Of a stretch of DNA of 64,000 nt, positions 1-10,121 are shown piece by piece. A program made the translations under genes and the position numbers. How positions within the stretch are numbered: position 1 is the first letter of the stretch; each line of letters begins with the position of its first letter. The stretch lies in assembly GCA_965112155.1 (NCBI GenBank), contig OZ218106.1; one strand, 5' to 3'. The notes under the pieces were generated by a model. That model searched no databases. It worked only from the letters and a program-made list of their open reading frames with translations, and was not told the DNA's origin. The DNA is from Podarcis liolepis (taxonomy: Eukaryota).

Positions 1-38
1 TCTGTAACCTGAAGCGTCTGTAACCTGAGGTACCACTG
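1..38. mobile_element. End of a Tc1/mariner (Tigger/pogo-like) MITE, cut by the window edge
   Basis: Terminal repeat ...taacctgaggtaccactg followed by TA; same end as the other copies of this family in the window. Confidence 0.75.
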
Positions 39-276
39 TATTGTCTATGTCGACTGGTAGTAGTAGCTCACTAGGGCTTCAGGTGGGGAATCTTTCCCAA
101 CCCTACCTGGAGATGCCAGGGTTTGAACCTGAAACCTTCTGAATGCAAAGTAGATGCTCTACCAGTGAGCTGCAGCAACTTTCCCTCCAGTGACGCCACT
201 CCCCACCTTGCTTTCCGTACATGGAACAAGCAGGAATTGCACCCCAAAATAAGTAAGCAATGGCAATTAAGCATAC

Positions 277-493
277 CTGACATCCGTCAAGATATCTTTT
301 TTAACCACTTTTCGAAAGCCGTAGTGGCCAGTCTTCAAATGCACTCTGTAGCTGATGTGATGAAAGGTCATTGTGCTTCCTTCAGCAAACTCGGATCCTA
401 GAAAATTGATTTTCTTCTTCCGTAGGTAACCTGCATCTTCGTCATCACATATGCTTACATGCTTTTCAATTTGTCTGATTCTTGATGAAAATG
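277..493 (-). CDS. ABCG2-like paralog, exon 2 equivalent (gene continues beyond the left edge)
   Basis: Encodes ...AEGSTMTFHHISYRVHLKTGHYGFRKVVKKDILTDV, homologous to [33 protein letters not shown] at 29892-30073. Phase-2 donor AG|GTATGC at the homologous position; acceptor tcaccag| at 494. Confidence 0.85.
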
Positions 494-896
494 CTGGTGA
501 TGGCAATAAACAAATGAGTGATCAGAAAAGTCACTGTAGGTTTGTAACAAACGAGGAACCAGTAGCAACAGGTAGCAGAAGTATATCGTGAGCCCAATTC
601 TAATCTAACACCACCAGCAATAAAAATTTTACGAAGGCAATTTAAAGGAAACAAAATGAGGGCAGGGCATCCAAGTTTTCTAAATTAATTTTCTGTTACA
701 CTCTCTATTTGCGTGAGCTGTGGGGATTTCCAAGGGCACCGGTTATCAGGGTTTGGCTTCCTCTGATAGAGAGGGCTTATGGTGTTTCTGTAATATTTGT
801 TTAACTTAAGAAACACTGCCCCATCAGATCCCTAGAGAGGTGTTCCATCATCTTATGCCTTTCAGCCTTCTGGTAGCTGTCTGCCTCTCTATCTTG

Positions 897-1056
897 GCCT
901 ATGTTCACACCATACATTTAAAGCACCTGACTTTCCCCAAATAACTGCAGTTTGTTAAGCATGCTGGGAACTGTAGCTATGTGAGATGGTAAACTACAGC
1001 TCCCATAATTATTTGGGGGCAGTCATGTGCTTTAAATGTATGGTGTATATGCAGCC
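897..1056. mobile_element. Palindromic MITE, possibly PIF/Harbinger type
   Basis: Inverted ends caccatacatttaaagcac / gtgctttaaatgtatggtg; related copy near 56684-56850. Confidence 0.6.
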
Positions 1057-2410
1057 TCTGTCTCAAAAATGAAGTTGTCTCTTACAAACAACTTAAGATC
1101 CAGCTGTGCTTGGGGAGTGGGTGGGAGTGTGTCAATGTCCCTGAGCTCTCTTGGATTTCTCCATTCAGAATATTCTAGGGAATCTTCCAGTTATTTATGA
1201 GTGTCCAGCTGATGCACAACTGTACACACAAACATCATGCCGAACCAGAAGTGAATTTAATAATTGCAAAAACGGCTCTAGAAGAGCCCAGAAATGGGGG
1301 AAAGGAGTGAAAACAGCGCCTATCTATCCCAGGAGCCTTGTAAGAGGAATCCTAGGAGCCCTTGCGCTGACCATTGAGGCCTGTGGAGTTTGAGAAGGTT
1401 TGTAGGGAACAATTGTGGTGGAGTTTGGCATTGGGTAAGCACTGCTGGCTTTTTAAAGGGTTTACAGAGGTTTCAAGGGTGTGTTTGCAGGTTTTTCCAT
1501 GGTGCTTCAAATATACACAATTTCACTGGCGCGTACAGTGCCTCGAAACATAACCCCTGTGTAAATTAGTTTTGTATTTGGGAAAATATAGTTCTTCCTA
1601 CAGGCACAGAATTCATTGCTATTATCATTGCTCTGTGGACTATGGCTGCATGGATATCATGAGCACCTGCTGAATCCTGTCAGCAATTTCTGCCCTCTGT
1701 ACAATCCTTTAATTTTATTCTTTTAAATTCTTTAGGGAGCTATGTACTTCCCACTTCACAACGCCCACACAGGAATGCACATTTACCCAGATCTTTAAAA
1801 TGATGGCTAAAGGAAATAACTAGGTTGCCCATTTATCCCACAGCAAAGCTGGCACCAGTGTGCAAAACACCCATTTCCATTTTGCAACTGTGTTCCCCTC
1901 ATGCATTTAACAGAGAGAGAATGACAGGGATTTGGAGTAACAAATGCAACTTAAATTGTTTGTGTTTTGTTAGCCAATTTATGTACTCTGGAATAGAAAC
2001 ATTTTGACAAAATAAACAACCCGAGCCAGTTGTAGCTATTAAAAATACAAAATAAGAACCGAAAAAGACCTGTGCAACCAGTCACCACAGAGCACCTCCT
2101 AAAGGCACACCCTTGACAGCATCACCCTAAGTGCACAATTATTTGGGGCGTAGTTATGAGAAAATACATACATATATAATTGTCTCTCCCTCTGAGGTGA
2201 GCATGTGTTTTTAGGAAATATCTTACATGCAAATGATCTTATTGCACACTGCCACTATAGTTTTAATGCATCGGCAGTTTATAAATAGTCTTAGTTTTAG
2301 TTTTTAAAGCTACAACGAGCAGAGAAGGGTCATGGTTAGAATTTATGCCCCCCCTCCCTTATTTTTTTTCTTCAAACACCAGAGCCCTTCTTCTGCCCAC
2401 CCACCCCAAG

Positions 2411-2617
2411 CAGTGACGGAGCTTCATGCTCCAGCACCGGGGGGGGGGGGGGGGAGGCGGAGAGCGGGGGGGGGCTGGCCGGCCGCAGGGGCGTGGCGCG
2501 CATCTTGGGGGCGTGGTGCCCAGCGCAGGGGGGGGGCAACTGCGATGGCACCCTGCTGGGATCACGCTGTCAGGGGTGGTGCGCTCCCCCCCCCGCACTC
2601 CTCTTCCTCCGCCAGTG
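2411..2617. mobile_element. G-rich non-autonomous hAT element
   Basis: Imperfect TIRs cagtgacggag / ctccgccagtg; perfect 8-bp TSD accccaag (2403-2410, 2618-2625). Confidence 0.8.
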
Positions 2618-3479
2618 ACCCCAAGTTCTGGATTCAGGGTGCATGTAGCATCCCCAAACCAAAACATCTGAATGTTTTATTCAGTGCTTTTTTCCCTTTA
2701 AAAATGTTTAGGGATACTCTCATTTTGCTACTCACATTGAAATACTGCCCCTCAATGAGGCCAAGCAAAACATTCACAAAATGTTTAGGGGTATGCCCCA
2801 TCATTATGTTTTTTATGTGCTGGAAAGCCACCCAGAGTGACTGGGGCAACACAGTGAGATGGGCAAGGTATTATACCCATCACCATCATCAGGCCTAGAG
2901 GCATTTCAGAGCCACTGAACCTGCCTTGCCCCACCCTCCAGTCTCTGCTTCTCAATTTGTATTGTATTCTTTTATGCACTGTGGCTTGCTGTTGTTTTAT
3001 CGATTGTAGTTTAGAAACTATTGTACTTCTTAAGTGGATTTCTGTTAATTTTTATATGCTGATATTTAATATTATTCTATATTATTTGATGCAGGTTGCG
3101 TATTTTAACGTTATGTTTTATTGTCACGTTTTTGTATTGCATTAGATTGTTATAAGGTATACATTCTTTGTTTCTTCAGCTTGTAAACCGCCTAGGGTAT
3201 TGTAAGATAGAAAGACGGTATACAAATTAAAAGTGGTGGTGGTGATGATGATGATGAACGAGATTTGGAAATTCAACCCATTTTGAAGAGCGCCCTTTTT
3301 TCCTGAGGGATTCCACCCAACCCCAACCCCACCCCTCATGAAGATTCACTCCCCACCCCTCAAAACCACGGGATTACTAGAGGGCAGCCTCCCCTCAACT
3401 CACACACTTCCCCTCTTTTTCAAAACCTTTTCCAGCCACACCCTCCGTCCCTTTTGTTTTGTTTTGTTACCCATTCATG

Positions 3480-3750
3480 AAGGCGCCGGGGCGGGCGAAG
3501 TGCCGCGCATGCGCTAGCAGCAGTCCCTCCACTCCGACGGGCCGAAGGGGGCCCAGGTGAGCGCCTCGGCAGGTGAAGGCGGGAGAAAGAGAGAGCGCGC
3601 GCGCTGAGGTCCCGCTCCGGCTTCTTCTTCTCCCTTCCCCATCTCACCGCAAGCCAGGAAATAACGGCTCCGCCGGGGACGTTCCATCGCGGCCCATTCG
3701 CCCTCCCTCCACCGCGCGGCGGGGGTGGCGTGTGTGGCCCGAGCGTGGGA
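3480..3750. promoter_or_regulatory. CpG-island promoter, probably of the ABCG2-like paralog
   Basis: Dense CpG; NRF1-type palindrome GCGCATGCGC near 3505-3514; GC box ggggcgggcg near 3488; consensus splice donors on both strands. Confidence 0.7.
3648..3687 (-). CDS. Candidate first coding exon of the ABCG2-like paralog (MERPRRSRYFLAC, phase 1)
   Basis: gccgcgATGG Kozak context; 40 nt to donor GCG|GTGAGA; splices in frame (G|CA = Ala) onto exon 277-493. Confidence 0.6.
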
Positions 3751-4321
3751 GGAGGCAAAATGGGGGGGGGGACAAAAATAGACGTCATGGTCGGGGGGAT
3801 TAAGCTAGGATTTATGTTGGGGGGGGGGCAAGCTTCATGTTGTGGGTTGGGTGGGCAGAATCTCAATTAAGTTTTTTTTTAATTGATTGGGAGGCAGCCC
3901 CTCCCCCTTGGCTACACCAATGGGAGGGGGGGGCTCCTGTTTCTGGGTTACATGGGCTGCCCCCGCCCCCATGGGACAAGGTGAGGCGACAGGATCCCCA
4001 GGGTCAGCAGGATCTTTTTACAGTGGTACGTCAGGTTGCAGTTCATGAACCCAAGTCATCACCATTTGCTTTTCTAGACGGTTTAAATATGTCAATGACC
4101 CCTCTGGCTGTACAAATGAATATTCTTTCTTATGTGTCCATCTCTGAAAGAGCAAATCCAAGCGCTGGAAACACAGACCATTGTCCACGTAAGCTGTGGG
4201 AAGGAGCACTCACTGGCCGTTTGCAACAACGGGAGAGTTTTCTCGTGGGGAGCTGGAGCTTTTGGACAGCCGGGCACTGGAGAATTAAAAGAGCGTCTGA
4301 TTCCAAAGTAAGCAGCAAAAA

Positions 4322-4541
4322 CAGTGGTACCTCGGGTTACAGACGCTTCAGGTTACAGACTCCGCTAACCCAGAAATATTGCTTCAGGTTAAGAACTTTT
4401 CTTCAGGATGAGAACAGAAATCGTGCTCCGGCGGCACAGCGGGAGGCCCCATTAGCTAAAGTGGTACCTCAGGTTAAGAACAGTTTCAGGTTAAGAATGG
4501 ACCTCCAGAACAAATTAAGTTCTTAACCCGAGGTACCACTG
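4322..4541. mobile_element. Tc1/mariner (Tigger-like) MITE
   Basis: TIRs cagtggtacctcgggtta / taacccgaggtaccactg; multi-copy family in this window. Confidence 0.85.
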
Positions 4542-4551
4542 TGTTTTCTGC

Positions 4552-4768
4552 ATTTATATCCCCACCATTTTTCTCCATGCAGCTCCAAGGGGACTTGCCT
4601 AGTTCTCCTGCCCCTCATTTAATCCCCACAACGACCCTGTGAGGCAGGCTAGGCTGAGAGGTAGTGGATTAGCCCTCAAGGTCAGCTTCAAGGTTGAGTG
4701 GGGAATCGAACCTTCGTCTCCAAGGTCCAAGTTCAATTCTCTAACCACTGCACCACCACTGGCTCTCC
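4552..4768 (-). mobile_element. tRNA-derived core (MIR-like, Squam3-type) SINE, decayed
   Basis: cacaacgaccctgtgaggcagg core; reverse B-box ggaatcgaacc; ends ctggctctccc. Confidence 0.65.
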
Positions 4769-5059
4769 CTCCTTCTTTGTTTCTGGTTTAGATTTTCACT
4801 CATCCTTTCTTCTCCCGTGGTCAGGGAGGTAGTATTTTGTGGTTTGCCTCAGGCACCAAAATGGCTTGTGCCAGCTCTGCCCACCCCACCCCCCGTGCAT
4901 TGTTCTTTTTCACAATTAACATAATTAGTTATTATTTATTGAGTTTATTTTATCCGAAAGGAGGAAAGATCAAAATAATATGATATCCAGCAGTGTTGAT
5001 TAGGTATGTTACTGCAGCATTAATAAAAATGTGTTCTGTTTGCTCTCACAGTACATAAA

Positions 5060-5290
5060 GAGTTAAGCTACAGGGAACCAGGCAGAGGGCCTTCTCGGTA
5101 GTGGCACCCGCCCTGTGGAACGCCCTCCCATAAGATGTCAAAGAGATAAACAACTGTCTGACCTTTAGAAGGCATCTGAAGGCAGCCCTGTTTAGGGAAG
5201 TTTTTAATGTGTGACATTTTAATGTATTTTTAATCTTTATTGAAAGCCGCCCAGAGTGGGCGGGGTACAAATAATAAATTATTATTATTA
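5060..5290 (+). mobile_element. LINE (L2-like) 3' end
   Basis: Encodes RAFSVVAPALWNALP...TFRRHLKAALF, typical of the L2 ORF2 C-terminus; (ATT)n tail. Confidence 0.7.
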
Positions 5291-6613
5291 TATCTATATC
5301 TTTATTTATCTATCTATCCATGCTAAACCAAGGACAAAATCAGTCAGCACATAGAAGCTAACACTACAAGACAACCTCCAGTCAGGCTTACATGGTGGTG
5401 ACTGCTCTTTAAATGGTACTTCAAAATGTGGCAAACCCAACCTGGTGCTTTTTGGTAGTACTCTTGCTCATTTTGATGAGTAGGAAGCCCTGAACTTCCA
5501 CTCAAATGGCCAGAGCTTACAGCACCACTGTTTTAGGGAGCAGCAGTTTGCACTCATTCACTGGTCTTCATTTGGTGGGTCAGGACCAGCTACTGGGTCA
5601 TACATAGCCTGATCCAAGGTGGGTCGCAACAGGAGCACTTACCACCATATATGGTTTAAGATTAAAAAATGGGTCCCCAAACGTATGTATGTGTCTGAAA
5701 AGGCTGAAGCCAAAACACATTCACTGCATCTGATATTATTTGTTTGTTTATTTTCAGGGTACCTACAGAAACAAAATGCTGTACAAGTGTAAGATGACAG
5801 TCTGCCCTTGTTCCCTAAGGCCCACACTCATCAGTAAGAATATCAGCACACAGCAGAGATGAAAGTAGATTGAGGGTGAGTTGAAGTGATAAAGCTGTAA
5901 GCCATTCAGGGTCCAACTCAGCTCATGAGGTTCTGCCGCCTAACCTAAACTCAAAATGGGGCAAAGAGGCTACATAACAGAAAGGAAACATTTAAAAATT
6001 TTTTTAAAAAATCATTAACCATAATACTGGGTATCTGTAACCGATTGCACTTCAAGGAACACGATCCTTTTCATAAAGTGTATAATAAGCAGTTATTTTT
6101 CAACTATTTAGTTACAATTCGTATGCAAAACTTTCCCATTCATAGGATGCCCTAAATAAAAGCATTTCTAAATTAAATTTGAGATATGCTAATTTCTTGA
6201 CTAGCTCCTATTTGGGGCGGGGGGGGGGGAGAGAAAGAAGATATTTCACAAACTACATGCAATGAAATAATAGCTTGAATTCTGATTTAAATGAAAGTGG
6301 GCAAACTGATTCCAAACACTGTGGATGGGAAGCCATGGGGGGGGGGGCGTAACCTGCAGTGATGAAAATAAGGAGCATCCTTTGTCCCAGCTCCCTGCCC
6401 CACTTAATCTCTACACACATTCACCCCATCTCCCAAAGCTGCTTTTCTTTTTTAAAAAATGAAGCAAACCTTGTTGAGATCCTAGTATATGCTGCTTTGC
6501 GTATCTGATACACTGGCTTAACAGGTTTTCACATGACACTCTAGCACCACGTTCAATAAACGCATGAAGTCCTCCACTCTGAAGTCAATGTTTTGTGCAG
6601 TGTCTGAAAAGGA

Positions 6614-6615
<2 letters not shown>

Positions 6616-6658
<43 letters not shown>
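6616..6658. repeat. (GT)n microsatellite downstream of the ABCG2 stop, probably 3' UTR
   Basis: About 21 uninterrupted GT units. Confidence 0.95.
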
Positions 6659-6659
<1 letters not shown>

Positions 6660-7374
6660 AACAGTATGCATGACAGTCTCTACTTTCCAAACACCATGCT
6701 AACTGCATGGACACCAGGGGGACAGGGCCAGAAAGGGGATTTGGGGGGTGAAATTTCAATCATGTTCTTTCCTCCTTCCATTCATGCACCGAACATAAGG
6801 GAAGGTTCATGGGTGTAATGCTAATCTGTGTGACATGCTCCAAACACACCAAAAGTGCTATCAAAGCAGTAGCAGAAGTTGTATTCCAAAGCCTGTGAAC
6901 GAAAAGGGCTTCATTTTAAAAACCCAAGTTTCTTCCTAAGTTGAATCTGTTTGCCTTTACACACTTCAAAATGTGAGGGCAAACCTCTCAAAAACTGTTC
7001 TAATAAATATTCTTCCTTCCAAACTTTATATCCTATTGGTTTCTGTTGGAGAATTAAACACATGATGAACTCTCTCCCACTGAAATTTACAGAGCTTACA
7101 AGTCAGTCTTGATTGGATCAGGCTAGTTGAAAATAACTGTTCAGGCATTTGCCTGCCTGCAGTTGGAAGTGCCACTAAATAAGTATAGCAATATTAAAAG
7201 AGAATATTTTGGTGCACTACAAATGCAGGCGTTTGGCAATGTTTTTCTCCATCATGTGTTCTAAGAAAGAAATAAGACTGCCAGCAGAAGAGAATAGTTA
7301 TGCCTTTAGCTCTGCTACTTATGATACCCCCAGGGCAGCCTGGATCATAGATCTGTTTTCCAAGCTGTTGCTTT

Positions 7375-7522
7375 TTAAGAGAACTTTTTCATGAAACGCA
7401 GCTTCATGTATGAAATCGTAAGGAAAGTTACGGTCATGCAAGCAAGTGCAACATGGTTCTGCCACAGGCCCCATGCAGTTGGTTCGATCCCTTGGCTTTT
7501 GAGATACTGTTCTCCAGTGCAC
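7375..7522 (-). CDS. ABCG2: ABCG2 last coding exon (exon 16)
   Basis: [48 protein letters not shown]; acceptor ttgtag|; TAA at 7377-7375. Confidence 0.95.
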
Positions 7523-10081
7523 CTACAAAGAAGTACAAGTAGAGGTTTTGAGAATTATTCCTAGAATTGCAACGTATTATAAGTGTCCCCCTCCCCTCCA
7601 GAAGTAGCCAGTGACTTTGCAGCTTAGCACAGAAAGAGCACATAACCCTTTCCCAATGGTAGTAAAGGGTAAAGGGGGCCCTGGCCATTAGGTCCAGTCA
7701 TGACAGACTCTGGGGTTGCGGCGCTCATCTCATTTTATTGGCTGAGGGAGCCGGCATACAGCTTCCAGGTCATGTGGCCAGCATGACTAAGCCGCTTCTG
7801 GCGAACCAGAGCAGCGCATGGAAATGCCGTTTACCTTCCTGCCGGAGCGGTACCTATTTATCTACTTGCACTTTGACGTGCTTTCGAACTGCTAGGTTGG
7901 CAGGAGCAGGGACTGAGCAACGGGAGCTCACCCCATCGCGGGGATTCGAACCGCCAACCTTCTGATCGGCAAATCCTAGGCTCTGTGGTTTAACCCACAG
8001 CACCACCTAGAAAGTCCCAGTTTCAGTCCTGGGCATCTACTGTAGTGGAGCAGGAAAAGATTCCCTATCGTAAACTGAAGAGCCACTGCCATCAGTGTGG
8101 ACAGCACTGAGCTAGATGGACCACTGCTCTGATTCATTATAAAACAAGGATAGCTAAGCTTTTTGGCCTAAGGGTGCATCTATCCTTAGCCAATACTCTG
8201 GGGACCACATGGCAACAGCAGGTTGGGCTAAGAATGAAGGTAGACACCACACAGAACACAACCTCCATCCTCACTTGGTCAGCTGAAGAGGGGGGATAGT
8301 GACCCCTCTGCACTCCATGGATGATCAGTCTGATGACCAAGGAACTTGCCTTCCCATCAGGGTACTGGATTTGGCAGATTTAAAAACTTCTCCACCTAAC
8401 CCCAGTGCTGTATATAATTTTAACTTCTTTTTTTTGACATTACTGCAAAATTAGTAGGATCTTTTGGGGGAAGGGATCTGCTTGGGCAGTGGTGGTGAGA
8501 CTACATCAGCCCCACCCACCCCCAGCTATAAATCAACTTCCTATGTTCCATCGGGCCATCCAGCATGACCAAGATTAAATTCAGCACAGAAAAGCGTACA
8601 GACTATGCATGGATTTTCCATATGCCTCCGAGTGGGCAGTAAGCATGATCCTAGTTTCATGGTTATGAATTAACTTGCAATTAAGACAGCTGTTTTTTGT
8701 GTGTACTTAATGAAATAAGATATATACAGTATAGTGAAATGTCCCTCTGATTTGGCTCAGGGGTTTCCAGAATTCCTCATTTAAAGGGATTACGCTAAAA
8801 CCATTCATAGTGTCACTGCTATCATAAATAGTATAGTGTCAAAACAATAACATAGCAATTTCTTTCTAATGCCTTTCTTCCCCTGGGAGGCATCCAAAAC
8901 AATGACCATTTTTGGAGGGGACAGGGAAGTAAATTAAACCCGAGGCTCACCTAGGTCCATTCACATTGCATTAAACTATGGTTCAGTATGTCTGAATGCA
9001 GTCATCATATTAATGTGAACAGTACTCTTGTGGGGGTTTGTAGGTGCCTCCTGCTAAGTGGGTTAGATCTAGCTAGAATGAAAATATATTTCACTTACAT
9101 CTGTAATTTGCTGAGATCTGTACAGTTAGAATTGCTCCAATTTTCATTCATGCTTACGTTGCAGAAATTGAGATCAGCAAGTTCATTAACCTGCAGTGCC
9201 TTTGAAAGTAAAAAGAAAAAATGATATAAAGGCATAGTAACAGCAAGAGAGTTGTTGCAGCGTAGTTTCATGTAAAAATGTTGTAGTGTGCAGACTATTC
9301 TTTTCTAGCTAGTATAGGATAGAAAATGAGCTGTGAGTTTGTTTTGCTGATTTAGTCCTCACTTCCACTATGACATTTGTTGGGTGATATCAGACAAGCC
9401 ATTATCATTCAACATTCCCTCTTCCATTTGCAATATGGGAGTAATATTGTTGTAAGGAACACAAAGGTTGTATGTGAAATGCTCTGAGCATTTGGGGAGA
9501 GTGTCATATATATTTGCACGTTCATTATTATTTACAACCACATAATGGGGGTAAGGTGAAATTGGTGAAATTTGAAATTGGTGGCTCCCAGACTGTAGAC
9601 TTTTTTGTGGTGGTGAGTATAAAGGAAGCTATTCTTCAGCCCAGATTACTACAGCTGGAACAGCTCAATCGGTAGATCACGGGGCTCTTAATTTCAGGGT
9701 TGTGGGTTCAAGCCCCACATTGGGCAAAAGAATATTTTGCATTGCAGAGGGTTGGAGTAGATGACCCTTGCGGTCCCTTTCAACTCTCTAGATTCTATGA
9801 TTCTAAGTGACTTAGTATGCAAATGTTCCAGCAATCCATGAAGTGCTTCAGCCCAGGTCGACTTTAGGGGCAGCTGTTAACCGAGGCATTGCAGACGGCA
9901 TCAGGATTACGTTGAAAGTGATATGTCCTTTTGCTTTCAGTGGATCTTACAACACAATTCTATGCATGTTTATTCAGGAGTATGACCTACATTCAGTGGG
10001 TAGACTCTCTAGCAAGTATGTTTATGGCTGTAACCTTAGTCACAACTCACTTTAGCTGGATTGAGGGCAAAGCCTGTAAAA

Positions 10082-10121
<40 letters not shown>

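Noticed and set aside
2332-2898. 188-aa Gly/Arg-rich ORF and overlapping ORFs
   Set aside because: By-product of the GC-rich hAT element, which lacks stop codons; no recognisable domain.
3837-4526. 229-aa plus-strand ORF
   Set aside because: Runs across repeat remnants and the Tigger-like MITE; its C-terminal peptide recurs at other MITE copies such as 19135-19428.
277-7522. Fusion of the two tandem ABCG half transporters into one full-size NBD-TMD-NBD-TMD protein
   Set aside because: The main gene ends in a normal TAA. Exon 15 ends in phase 2 while the paralog exon needs phase 1, and I found no suitable donor after the last TM helix.
9652-9725. tRNA-Lys-like sequence as a real tRNA gene
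   Set aside because: Stems are degenerate and it is fused to a CR1-type tail; several decayed copies occur in the window, so it is a SINE head.
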